Shown piece after piece: positions 8,593 through 19,300 of a stretch of 64,000 nucleotides of DNA. This stretch comes from a virus (Duplodnaviria; Caudoviricetes): positions 37,450 to 101,449 of IMG/VR virus record IMGVR_UViG_3300033069_001588; one strand, 5' to 3'. A program made the position numbers and the translations under genes. Every line of letters begins with the position of its first letter. Position 1 is the first letter of the stretch. Under the pieces are notes generated by a model. It was given only the letters and a program-made list of their open reading frames with translations. It had not been told where the DNA came from and ran no database searches.

Positions 8593-9729
8593 TCATTCAC
8601 ACAAAGAAACAATTCTCTCAGTTACATTTCTCCAAGTATACTGAGGCAAGATTTCTTGCATCTTGGGAGAGAATTTAGCTAGATAATCATCGTAGTTAGC
8701 AATAACATCTTTCAATTTAGTTGCGCATTCATCAACATCTGGGGCAAATACTTTTGCATAAGCAGATGGCTCCCAATATTGCATTTTGATGTCAGCACGA
8801 ATCTCTTTTCCACCAATTAAAATGGAATTATCATCATTCATGTAATCCAGCTGTCCACCATAACGAGGTGCAACTACAATCTTGTTGGCGGCAAATCCCT
8901 CCAACCCAGGCATCCAAAAACACTCACTATTAGCCATGGTGATTACCATATCACAAGCATTGTAAAGACATTCAATATCTACAATGAATTTATCGAGAAT
9001 CTCTATGTCTCCATGGTTCTTGAATTTGGTTTTGAATTCTTTGTAAATCTCATCAAAATTAACTTCGAAAGAAGTTTTACTATTACGTTTTGAAATCTTC
9101 AAAACCAAACATACATCGTCATTTTTAGTGAACGCTTTGCCATAAGTTTTCAGCAAATTAGGAATGTTTTTTCTCAAATGCGGCTGGGCAATGTTGGCAA
9201 GTATCTTATACTTCTTTTTGGTTTTAAGAGGATATTTGGATAGGTTTTGAAATCTATCTAAATGAATACCATGTGGTATCATCACTTGATTCTCGGCAGG
9301 AATACCATTGTCCACGAATATCTTCTTCGAAAAAGAAGAAGAGGGTAATACTTTATCTACAGCTTTATAACATTTTGCAAAAGCTGTTGGTAATACCGTG
9401 GTTTCGTAGTTCCAAATACCAAATCTATTTTTGTTTCCTCTAACGAAATAGTGAGGAAAATTCTTCAAAGCAGTGTATGATAGTTGCATATCATACTTAG
9501 TGTCTAATTTGCCGCCGATTATAGATTGATAATTGTTTGCCGTAATTTGTGTAGATTCTTCTATAAAGCCTTTGAGATATGGTTTTAGATCTTCTGGAAA
9601 ATGTTCTAAACCATTAGTAGAAAACAAATCTACTTCATGTCCCAATCTAATCAATTCTCTAGAGATATTTTGGGCAACGATGCTCCACGACATGTTGCGG
9701 GAAAGAAATCCAAACCAGCAAATTTTCAT
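8593..9729 (-). CDS. Glycosyltransferase, GT-B fold (GT4-like)
   Basis: LIRLGHEVDL, YETTVLP, IPHGI, RKNIPNLL, ECFWMPGLEGFA (E-x7-E). Confidence 0.88.
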   Translation of the reverse strand: MKICWFGFLSRNMSWSIVAQNISRELIRLGHEVDLFSTNGLEHFPEDLKPYLKGFIEESTQITANNYQSIIGGKLDTKYDMQLSYTALKNFPHYFVRGNKNRFGIWNYETTVLPTAFAKCYKAVDKVLPSSSFSKKIFVDNGIPAENQVMIPHGIHLDRFQNLSKYPLKTKKKYKILANIAQPHLRKNIPNLLKTYGKAFTKNDDVCLVLKISKRNSKTSFEVNFDEIYKEFKTKFKNHGDIEILDKFIVDIECLYNACDMVITMANSECFWMPGLEGFAANKIVVAPRYGGQLDYMNDDNSILIGGKEIRADIKMQYWEPSAYAKVFAPDVDECATKLKDVIANYDDYLAKFSPKMQEILPQYTWRNVTERIVSLCE

Positions 9730-9775
9730 TTGATACCTATCAATATTTGTTCATAAATCATAAGGAGTACAAAGT

Positions 9776-10630
9776 ATGGGGAGACCTTCCAAATTAAATA
9801 TAGCACAACAAAATAGAATTATTAACCTTTATGTAAAAGATAAGTTGTCAACAAATAAAATTTCAAAAATGTTTGGCGTAGCAACGGCAACAATAAATAA
9901 TATCTTAACAAGGCATAATATACAACTTAGAAGTGGTTCAGAAACTAATAAATTATCAACAAAATTTACATTTACCACTATGAATGAAGAAAAATCTTTT
10001 CTCCTGGGATTAATATATGGTGATGGTTCAATTAGTAAGAGAAATGATTATATCAATATCACATCTGGTGATTTAGATTTATTAGAGAAATCTAAACTCA
10101 TTTTAGGAGATAAATTCAAAATTAGAAAAGTTGCCGATCAGAATTGTCATCGCGGCATTATCAATAGTCATAAATTATGTGAAGAATTATTTTTGCTTTT
10201 CAAATTAACAAATAACAAAAGTGATAAGCTTGCGTTTCCTAATCTAGAACCACAACTTTATCCATCTTTCATTTCAGGATATTTAGCCACCGATGGATGC
10301 ATAAATATTAACAAAAAAGACAATTTAATTGTATTATCTTTTTATTCTTGTTCTAAACAATTCTTAGAAGATTTGAATGTATTTTTGTGTGATAAAACAC
10401 AACAAAAATATCGAACCATATACGAAAGAAAAACTATCAAAGGTCATTTGGGTAAAAAACCATTATACACATTAGTTTTTAATGGTGCCAAAGCAGAAAA
10501 AGCACTTGAGTATATTTTTTCAGATAAAGATAAATCGATTAGATGTGATAGAAAATACAATATATATGAAAAATTCATTCAAACAAAGATTAACAAATTA
10601 AGCACTCGGATAAATTCGGATTCGGAATAA
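9776..10630 (+). CDS. Two-motif LAGLIDADG homing endonuclease with N-terminal HTH, antisense to neighbours
   Basis: SFLLGLIYGDGSI and FISGYLATDGCI; AAGGAG RBS; HTH LSTNKISKMFGVATATINNIL. Confidence 0.85.
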   Translation: MGRPSKLNIAQQNRIINLYVKDKLSTNKISKMFGVATATINNILTRHNIQLRSGSETNKLSTKFTFTTMNEEKSFLLGLIYGDGSISKRNDYINITSGDLDLLEKSKLILGDKFKIRKVADQNCHRGIINSHKLCEELFLLFKLTNNKSDKLAFPNLEPQLYPSFISGYLATDGCININKKDNLIVLSFYSCSKQFLEDLNVFLCDKTQQKYRTIYERKTIKGHLGKKPLYTLVFNGAKAEKALEYIFSDKDKSIRCDRKYNIYEKFIQTKINKLSTRINSDSE

Positions 10631-10845
10631 TTCTTACCTTCAAATAAGAATATGTTATCAACAACGTCGTGAATTAAAAATGGTACAGAATCAGAATTAA
10701 TAGTTCTATAATAATACGTATATCTATACACCTCTTCTTTGAAAATAGGTAATCCGAAAGCAATTTTTATGATTTTATCTATCCCTTCAATTTCTTTCAT
10801 ATCTAGATCAAATCTTTTATCAATAATATAAAAAATATTAGTCAT
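10579..10845 (-). CDS. Small paralogous protein (family member 1)
   Basis: Ends YSESEFIRVLNLLIFV. Confidence 0.7.
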   Translation of the reverse strand: MTNIFYIIDKRFDLDMKEIEGIDKIIKIAFGLPIFKEEVYRYTYYYRTINSDSVPFLIHDVVDNIFLFEGKNYSESEFIRVLNLLIFV

Positions 10846-11066
10846 ACAAAAATTAATAGATCCAAAATTCTAGAAAATTCCTTTTCCGGGAATTCTTTAT
10901 CAGAAAACAATACTTTTTGATTTTTCAGATCATGAATTATTGTACAATGTCTCTTATTAGAAGTAACACAATTATAATACACATATCTTTTATCCGAAGA
11001 CAAAAATGTATAAATTTCTTTGCTGAATTTATTGTTTATTAACTTGTACAAAGTAAAATAGTTCAT
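10842..11066 (-). CDS. Small paralogous protein (family member 2)
   Basis: Ends FPEKEFSRILDLLIFV; ATGA overlap with member 1. Confidence 0.7.
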   Translation of the reverse strand: MNYFTLYKLINNKFSKEIYTFLSSDKRYVYYNCVTSNKRHCTIIHDLKNQKVLFSDKEFPEKEFSRILDLLIFV

Positions 11067-11082
11067 GTCGAACCCTATATCA

Positions 11083-11322
11083 TCAGGTAAAAACTAATAG
11101 ATCGAGCAGCCTGCAAAACTCATCTTCAGAGTAAACTTGCTGTTCATACTCGAAAGTATTGTTTACTGTATTTTGTACGAAAAATGGTTTAGTATTCGGA
11201 GTTATTTTGTTAAAACTCTCCGTATAAACCATAATCAGCTTCTTGTCGTTTGGGTTAAAACCAAACAAAAAAAAATATGGCAATACTTTTTCCATCTTTT
11301 CTCTGACTTTTCCATAAATCAT
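11083..11322 (-). CDS. Small paralogous protein (family member 3)
   Basis: Ends YSEDEFCRLLDLLVFT; ATG 11322 preferred because the TTG at 11367 lies in a promoter/hairpin. Confidence 0.7.
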   Translation of the reverse strand: MIYGKVREKMEKVLPYFFLFGFNPNDKKLIMVYTESFNKITPNTKPFFVQNTVNNTFEYEQQVYSEDEFCRLLDLLVFT

Positions 11323-11330
11323 AAGTTTAC

Positions 11331-11375
11331 CCGCCCACCAAAGTAATTCTCGCAAATTACCTGTCAAGTGGGCGG
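11331..11375 (-). promoter_or_regulatory. GC-rich long hairpin with GNRA loop enclosing a sigma70-like promoter
   Basis: CCGCCCAC...GTGGGCGG outer arms; inner AGGTAATTT-GCGA-GAATTACTT; TTGACA (11367-11362), 16 nt, TACTTT (11345-11340). Confidence 0.65.
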
Positions 11376-11382
11376 AATTAAA

Positions 11383-14300
11383 TTACATTGGGGTTGGAGA
11401 TGGTAGATAAGGAACAAAGTTGGAACTATGAGCCAATGGAGGGGCTGCTCCAACTGGATTGTTGTAAGTCATTACCAAACGTGCCATCTTACATACCGCA
11501 ATATCTGAGCCGCTAGATGGAGACAAGTTCAAATGAACTTCGTATATAAAATTCGTTGCGCCTTCAGATAATAACGACTTAATATCATTAGATATTAATA
11601 ATGTTGGTACCATAGCTGTAGTTGATAAAATAGTTCCACTGCCATTGATATTAAGATAAGAAGCTGTTGCAATATTGAATAATTGAATTTGCGCCGTATT
11701 CAAACTGTTAGTAGTTTCCAATATTACTTCTAAATTAATACTCTGCAATCCTTCTAAAATATAAGAATCAAATCTAAATGGAAACGCCCCGATTACAATT
11801 GGGGTAGCGCTTCCATTTGAAAAGACTCCGGCAGTACCATATATGTATATTGGATTTTTATACATGAAGCTTGGATCTAATAATCCATATCCATCTGTTT
11901 TTGGAATTCTATCTGCATCTGAGGTACCATTAGAGAAAGGAATAACACCTACCATATCAAAAATGAATTGATAACTTAAACCGCTTCCGTTACTGGTTAA
12001 CACCGTTCCGAAAGTTCCCACATCATTTAATCCGGTACCGCCATGAATGATTGGTAATACTCCTGTTACATCGTTTTGTAAATCTACCAAAGCAGATGGT
12101 CCACCATCGACGGCTCCGCTAAATACGCTGATAAGCTTCAACATATTTTGCATCTTGCCGGAATCCACAAATAGTGTTTGATTATTAAAGCCACCTTTCT
12201 TCAAGAAAACGTTGATTTGAATCTTAGTACTTAGAGTTTGTAGAACGGCGTCTTGATACAAGTTTGTAAAGTTAAGTGTTAACAATCCAGTATTATAATC
12301 AATTGAGACGCCAATCTTACCATCTACAATAGCTCCACCATATCCATCAACACTTAATCCATTTGTATTTGGTGAGAAAGATTGTACTGCTACAGAGAAT
12401 CTTAGTTGATCATTGGTTAAAGCATCTGACTTAACTAATGAACAATCTGCAAATCTCATGGCGGGGAAACCTAAACGAGTTCTTCCGTCTCCAGCATAAT
12501 CAGCAATGAAATCATCCAAAACATTAATGGTGCGTTCGGATCCAAATAATCCATCAGGTATTTCTAGAACAATGGTTCCAACTTCAAAATCTACTTTATA
12601 GAAATTACCATCTGATCTATGTAATTCGCCACCTTTACCAATGATTAAGTTATTTGGAATAAATACATCTACTCGACCCTGATCAAAATCTGGTTGCGAC
12701 TCATATACATCAATAGTTACACCATCTACATGGCAACTATTGTTTTGGTATCCAGACAAGCTGGTAAAAACTGTGGGGGCGGCGCGGGGTCTACTGTTAG
12801 TAACTATAAGTGATTCATCCCATGTTAATTGTTTTTGAATTGACCAGGCTACAGAATTTAGATAGAAATCATGACCTGCAAAATATCCATCTGATAAGAA
12901 AATATCTGGGGCAGGATGGACAACTAAAGCTCTATCTATAGTAGCCGTAGAATAGTCATCCGCCCTATCTATAAACTCTTCTAATTTGAATCTGATAACA
13001 TTGAATCTAGTACCAATTTTTGTGAACGGATTGGTAGAAGGTCCAGGATAAGTACTAGTTGGAGATGAGGTTAATACGGCTCTATCTATATAGTTTTGTA
13101 GTAAATATCCATCTGTGTAAGTAACATGGAAATCACCATCAATATCTGCTCTCAACATTTGCATCAACACATCACCAGTCAAGAAAACTTTTCTGAGTGT
13201 TAAAACATCTGTCAAAGAATCTATAGAAGTGATATCAAATCCACCATAATTTTCTTGATTTGATGGTACTAGAAGAACAAGTTTGAAAGAACCTAAACCA
13301 ATAATTGTGCTAAAAGAAACGCTAGCGCTGGTGAATTGTGCCAATCTATTATCATTTGGATTGGCTACTAAAACTCCATCATTTCCGCTTGCTATTACCG
13401 CATTAGTGGCAGGATCTACCAACTGGAAGCTAATACCGAAAGCATTACTAAACGGAGCAGTGTAAGTATTGTAACTATTAGTAAAAGTAGTAGTAATACC
13501 ATCAGTGTTTACTATTGTATTGACTGGTAAACCAGTATTCAAATCATAATTTAGATATGTATTTAATAGATTCAAATCATTGACATCAATAATGCCATTA
13601 CCATCAACATCTCCTAAAATACATGACGCTAACTTAGCTGAAGCAATTCTAAAATAATTTCCAGTATTACTTGTGTGTGGGAAGATTTGAGCGCCGACAA
13701 AATCTCCATTTAGTAAATTGGTAATCAATCCGCTAACTGATGAATCAAACCTAACTACATCTGTTGAGTCATCTACGATTTTGATAATTAATTCATCATG
13801 TACCATAGTGGCAGAGTACAAATTAGAATTAACAATAGATGAAATAGAATTGAAAAATTTAATATTCTTGTCTGCAATTGCACCAACAATCAATGGCTCA
13901 GAAGCCTTTTCTAGATTGGTAATATCAATTGTATTTAGCAATTTGACATTTGGTACAAATTGTTGTCTGGATAAAATTGGATTACCTGTACGTTGATCTG
14001 GTACAGGAATGGTTTCCTCAGTAGAAGCCGCAACTACAGCTCTAAATACACCATTACCTGTGAATTGCAAATCTTCTAAAGAGTAATCCACAGTTGCCGA
14101 AGTATTTGGATCTTGAGCGGTTTTTGGAAGAACAACGCCATGACCATTCTCGTAGATTTGTCCGTCTGATACTTTTGCAGCATCAGTCCAAACCCTGAAC
14201 CACAAATCTTGGTCTGGAATATCTGCCCACAAAGTACCAGTAAAAGTCGTAATTCTGGAATCTGGAACTCTATCAGATCCAACGGCTATTAGAATGTCGC

Positions 14301-15384
14301 ATTTATTTGCAGAACCAGATCTCTTAATGGTTACAGCATAATAGTGTCCGACAGTTAATACATTTCCAGAAGCAACCAAAGTATTGCTAAATACAAAATC
14401 AACAGGTTGTGGCACAGGGCTTAAGATTATGCCAGAAGACTGCAATGTATTATAGTTGACACTCAATTGTGCTACTGGAATATTGGATGGTGAGAAATCT
14501 ATTGGTAGACTTGGTGCGATATCAGAAGCGCATTCAATAGTGGATTGTAGTGGGTAAATGCTTATTACTAAATCACCATTCCAAACCAAATCATTTTCGT
14601 CTCCTACATCTGTATTTCTAACAGAAAGTAGTAGGCTAACCTTTTGAATATTATTGGTGGAGGCAACAAACTTTTGTCCAATTTGAGTAGTCACATCTCC
14701 ATTCAACAAAACCTGATTATCCAAAGGGGCGGTAAAAATCCCCAAAGTATCTATGTTGTAAAATGGAAGAGCGGCACTTAGTAATGCCTGTAAAGAAAGA
14801 TATCCTTCCAAAAAGAAATCTCTGAAAAATAGATTTGGCTCAACATCTTGAGCAATCATCAAAGGACTTCTAGATAATGAAAATGGATTAGCTTCACGAA
14901 TAACAATTCTGCCACCCAAATTCAATGACAAGGTTGGATCGCCCACGAAATCATTGAAAAGAATAAGCAAAATGTTAGTGAAGTGTTTGTGACTAACTTG
15001 TATTTCATTGGTTCTAAAATAGAAAGTTTCATATTGTAGATTGCTTTCAAAATCCAAACCAATAATGCAAACTTTGATAGCCTTTTTGCCTGCAACTTGA
15101 GAGCCTGTTAACTCAATCTCAAGTTGATTTCCCAAATTATTATCGGCAGGCTGATGTTGTGCTTGAACGATTGTACCATCTAAAAAGCCCGTAGATAGCG
15201 CAGAATCAAAAATAACATTCTGTTCTAATACCTCTGGTAATACACCGGAACCAACATGGTTACCGATTATACCAGAAGTTATAGTATTGTTGTAGTCTTG
15301 CTCCAAAGTTAAATCAGTATCGTCAACCTGTTGAGCATCGAACCAGATATTTTGTGGAGCAGAAATTGGGCTTCTTTTTGTCAT
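11383..15384 (-). CDS. Baseplate/tail-fibre protein with split dockerin-like repeats
   Basis: Follows wedge genes; N-terminal WFDAQQVDDTDLTLEQ; GDVDGNGIIDVNDLNLLNTYL and ADIDGDFHVTYTDGYLLQNYI; fibre motif VTGVLPIIHGGTG. Confidence 0.7.
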   Translation of the reverse strand: MTKRSPISAPQNIWFDAQQVDDTDLTLEQDYNNTITSGIIGNHVGSGVLPEVLEQNVIFDSALSTGFLDGTIVQAQHQPADNNLGNQLEIELTGSQVAGKKAIKVCIIGLDFESNLQYETFYFRTNEIQVSHKHFTNILLILFNDFVGDPTLSLNLGGRIVIREANPFSLSRSPLMIAQDVEPNLFFRDFFLEGYLSLQALLSAALPFYNIDTLGIFTAPLDNQVLLNGDVTTQIGQKFVASTNNIQKVSLLLSVRNTDVGDENDLVWNGDLVISIYPLQSTIECASDIAPSLPIDFSPSNIPVAQLSVNYNTLQSSGIILSPVPQPVDFVFSNTLVASGNVLTVGHYYAVTIKRSGSANKCDILIAVGSDRVPDSRITTFTGTLWADIPDQDLWFRVWTDAAKVSDGQIYENGHGVVLPKTAQDPNTSATVDYSLEDLQFTGNGVFRAVVAASTEETIPVPDQRTGNPILSRQQFVPNVKLLNTIDITNLEKASEPLIVGAIADKNIKFFNSISSIVNSNLYSATMVHDELIIKIVDDSTDVVRFDSSVSGLITNLLNGDFVGAQIFPHTSNTGNYFRIASAKLASCILGDVDGNGIIDVNDLNLLNTYLNYDLNTGLPVNTIVNTDGITTTFTNSYNTYTAPFSNAFGISFQLVDPATNAVIASGNDGVLVANPNDNRLAQFTSASVSFSTIIGLGSFKLVLLVPSNQENYGGFDITSIDSLTDVLTLRKVFLTGDVLMQMLRADIDGDFHVTYTDGYLLQNYIDRAVLTSSPTSTYPGPSTNPFTKIGTRFNVIRFKLEEFIDRADDYSTATIDRALVVHPAPDIFLSDGYFAGHDFYLNSVAWSIQKQLTWDESLIVTNSRPRAAPTVFTSLSGYQNNSCHVDGVTIDVYESQPDFDQGRVDVFIPNNLIIGKGGELHRSDGNFYKVDFEVGTIVLEIPDGLFGSERTINVLDDFIADYAGDGRTRLGFPAMRFADCSLVKSDALTNDQLRFSVAVQSFSPNTNGLSVDGYGGAIVDGKIGVSIDYNTGLLTLNFTNLYQDAVLQTLSTKIQINVFLKKGGFNNQTLFVDSGKMQNMLKLISVFSGAVDGGPSALVDLQNDVTGVLPIIHGGTGLNDVGTFGTVLTSNGSGLSYQFIFDMVGVIPFSNGTSDADRIPKTDGYGLLDPSFMYKNPIYIYGTAGVFSNGSATPIVIGAFPFRFDSYILEGLQSINLEVILETTNSLNTAQIQLFNIATASYLNINGSGTILSTTAMVPTLLISNDIKSLLSEGATNFIYEVHLNLSPSSGSDIAVCKMARLVMTYNNPVGAAPPLAHSSNFVPYLPSPTPM

Positions 15385-15391
15385 CGTTTTC

Positions 15392-16306
15392 TCATTTCAA
15401 ATTATATTGTTTACAATACTTTCTAACAGTAATTCTAGAAACATTATATTTTTTAGCAATTTCAGTTAGATTTAATTTGTCTAATTCCACCGCTAATAAT
15501 TCTTTGGTTAAAATATTATTTTTTGAAATTTTATTATTCAAATGACATTTTAAACACCATGAATTATATTTCATAATAGAAGTTGGCGAAGTTTCCCATA
15601 TATGATTATTTCTGCACTTAAATTTCATTTTATAAGGATTATATTCATTTGACAAGCAAAAACCATTTTTGCTTGTAGCTACCGATATAATATCATTGAA
15701 TGTATATTTTGTTTTTATATGATTTGTTTTATATATTTCATTAATATCTATATTAATTAGATCAAAATTATTTGGTATATCAATTTTAAGTTTCTTACAT
15801 TCTTCTTTTATTACTTCTTTTAATCTATTTATTTTAGTCTTTTTGAATAATTCAGGAATAATAATTAATTTTACATCATTATTTTTACACATATCTTTTT
15901 TCAAAGAATCATTTTTTAGTAATTGGTTAAATGACTCTTTTGATTGATTAAATTTTCTATAATAATGTTGAGATCCATTATGTTCAAATGCTATTCCTAA
16001 TTTTTTACTATAGCCATCTAATTCAAGTGGATAATGTTTATACCCAATTAACCAATTTGGTTTAACGGTTGGAAACTCTGTTTGAAAAATTTTTTCAAAA
16101 AATAATCTACATATTCTTTCACTAATTGATTTTGAACATAATGGACACCACTGCCCTTGTTGTATTTTATTCCAACACATATAAAAATCATGATTATTAT
16201 GACATTTAAGATGTAATTTTGCTCTACTATTCTCATATGTAGATATCAGGTGTCCGCCTCTATTTTTTATTTCATTTAATACATATTTGAAAAATTCATT
16301 TCTCAT
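15392..16306 (-). CDS. PD-(D/E)XK (Vsr/EDxHD-like) endonuclease with zinc-ribbon repeats and HTH
   Basis: CHNNH...WCPLC and CRNNH...WCLKC; SERICR...ELDGY...IAFEHNGSQHY; C-terminal HTH. Confidence 0.78.
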   Translation of the reverse strand: MRNEFFKYVLNEIKNRGGHLISTYENSRAKLHLKCHNNHDFYMCWNKIQQGQWCPLCSKSISERICRLFFEKIFQTEFPTVKPNWLIGYKHYPLELDGYSKKLGIAFEHNGSQHYYRKFNQSKESFNQLLKNDSLKKDMCKNNDVKLIIIPELFKKTKINRLKEVIKEECKKLKIDIPNNFDLINIDINEIYKTNHIKTKYTFNDIISVATSKNGFCLSNEYNPYKMKFKCRNNHIWETSPTSIMKYNSWCLKCHLNNKISKNNILTKELLAVELDKLNLTEIAKKYNVSRITVRKYCKQYNLK

Positions 16307-19300
16307 AATGAATAAATACTCTACTATTGGCAGGTTTCAGTATTTTTATCAATTTCTCTAGAGCTTCTTTAGACTTTATACTACTATTAACTATACCTAA
16401 AGAATCTATTATATTTACTGAAAAATCAAACAAACCAGTTTCTCTGTTCTTTAATATAGCGAAATCAGTATTGATTGAAGATACTATATCAGAATTTAAT
16501 AAATACGTTGTAAATAAGTCTGCTGTTACAGGGAACACTACATCCAAATTGGAGGAGTAATTGACATCTATTGCCTCACCATACGGAGCATAGATAGGTC
16601 TAGACATATTGCTTATTCTCAAGTTATCCAACAAAGTGAATGTTGGGAACTGCTCATCAAATTGGGTTCCGATAAACAATTGATTAATGGAGTCTTTGAA
16701 TTTGATATTTCCCAGAGTGGCATAACCATCTCCTACTATAACAGATCCCATGATAGCTGGTGAAGTACCACAGATTAAATCAGTTCCAAATAGGACATTG
16801 TTATATTGGTAACCATCCAAGAACAATCTCATTTCATCAGTAGTTGGTCCGCTGTTTACGCGGTAACTAGCCTTTACTCTATGCCAAGTATTTCTAGACC
16901 AATACGTTGGTGCTCTTAATACATAGTCCTTGCCCGAAGCAGTAATAGCGAAGTTCATGTATCCCACTTCATCTTTGAAGATGGCTATGCGATCGCCTTG
17001 CAATCCCTTTGGCACATAGTTTACAGTCACATGTGACTTATGATAGGGCAGTTTTCTATTAAGTCTTACAACTTGTGTATTGATGTTTTGATTATTATTC
17101 TCTGTAGATTGATAAGTTACAACAACTGGTACATTGTTTGCTGGCAACAACCTTCCTAAATAGATAGTCTTCATATCTGTACCAATAGCGCCATCAACAA
17201 AATAATCCGTATTGGTTGGATCGTTGGCTATTTTAACAGTAATTACTTGTAGAATTGGATGAGAGACAACAACTGAGTTATTACCAACACTAGTGCTAGT
17301 TTCTTGTGTAGCATTTTGTGTATCAATTTCTATCTTTCCTCCGGCAAAATAATCTATACGGGGGTCTCCGCTCTTCAAATGAACGCTTAAAATTTGGTTA
17401 GCTGGCGCAGATAGCTTTAATGAAACACTGTTTGTACTTATTACATCTTCTGTTACGGCTCCGAAAGCATCAAAATAAAATCTCTTATGAGGATCATTGG
17501 ATGTATCAAACAATGGGCTCATCCAGAACTCTATGGTGCCTTCTTTTCTGGTATTCAAAATACCGTCATTGGACAAGATAATAGGCTCATCCAACAAAAC
17601 CAAACTATTTCCAAAATTCTCATTTACTACCAAAGAAGAATAGAAATGATTTTTGGTTGGAGTCGGGGAAACATAAAAGTCTGCTTGATTGCTGAATGGG
17701 AAGCTATCAAAACTAATCAACATCAAAGTATTAGAATCCTTAGTCAATGCTTTCAAGGAGTTAAAATCTTTGGTAATGGAGCGCTGATTAGTTGGAATGC
17801 TCTCTCCGATTCTAGTATCAGTTAGCATGACTGAGTATATTTTAACTTGATCCATCAATCCATGTAATTGTAGTTGACCATTAAAATCACTACCTACAAA
17901 TACCTTGGCGTTTATTGGATCCAAACTCATTCTCGTATAAGTGAAGTATTCAAACTCATAGAATCCCTTATTCAAGTAGTATGGTACTCCTGGCATATCT
18001 TTAATTTCGAAAGTAAAGAATCCATTTTGCAAACCGCTTCTATAAGCATTGACGTTGAGAATTTGATATGTTCCATTGCTAAAAACTGGAACGTCGCCAC
18101 CTAATGTTGGCTCTACAAATAAAGTCTTTCTATCTGAAGAAATACCAGTAATCAAATAGAAGCCCGCAGCATTTGATGGAGACGAAATGACTAAGTAGTT
18201 ATTTATGTCTAATGCGCTGAATAACTTATTATCATCTGTGACAGAATTAATGTCACTTTGATGCAAAGTATAACCATATCCAATTGGATAACTGAATCTA
18301 ACAACTGGTGCATAACCATCATTATTTTCTGCGTGAATAATAGAGTATTTTTCTTTCACTGTAACGGTACATGCTGCCCTGTTAAGCATCAATGGCTGAA
18401 CAACTACATTGACGAAATTAACAGAAAGATATTGATTTACAGAATCTAGTGTGCCATAATCATTGAAAGTAATTATTTCATTGGCTGGTCCACCAAGTGT
18501 AGTTCCATCAATAGTAACGTGAACGGCGGTTGAGAAATCTACATTGGTTCCAGCAATAGTGGCGCTTAATGTTCTGCCAGTTAAAGAAAGAGAAGGTTGA
18601 TCGACTACCAAATCAAAAGAAGTAAGTATGCCGCCTGATTCTGTTGAATTAGAAGTGCTGATAGAAGTATTTTGCAATATTACTTTTGTAATATCTACTT
18701 CATCCAATGAAATTGGTGCCGGCAATCTGGTCATCAAAATATTTTCAACGTCACTACTCCATACATAATAATTTCTCTTCACTCTTCTGTGATTTATTCC
18801 AAGTGTTCTTATAAGAATCAAATCATAAATAGTTACTTTATCAGAGATGGTTAGTATGTTATTGAAATTGACATCTTTAGATATGCTATAAGCCGGACTC
18901 AAAGCACGAACGCCTGGTATTTCCTGTTCTGTATCCACATTGTAGATAATGTATGGTGTATTGGTGATATTAACTGGCAATTCACCATTGATTATCAAGG
19001 CATTTCCAGATACTTGTAGAATAGTGTATACGTCAGTAACTGAGATGTCTTCTATCTTTAATAAATAACCTACTTGTACTTCTGCTGCTCCAAAATCTAA
19101 TGATGAAGAGGTGACAATATTAGAGCCAATGAAACCATTGATATCTGAACCAACTATAAATGAATGTATAGTTGACACCGCGATATTCGGAGATACATCA
19201 ATATCAGAAACAACGGTAAATTGAGTTCTGTTAATAGAGAATCTACCATTGGTCAATGTTTGTGGCATTGAGGAAGATAAAGTTAAATTCTGCCCGTCGA

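Noticed and set aside
11383-15384. Diversity-generating retroelement or invertible fibre cassette
   Set aside because: No reverse transcriptase, invertase or template/variable repeat pair in the window
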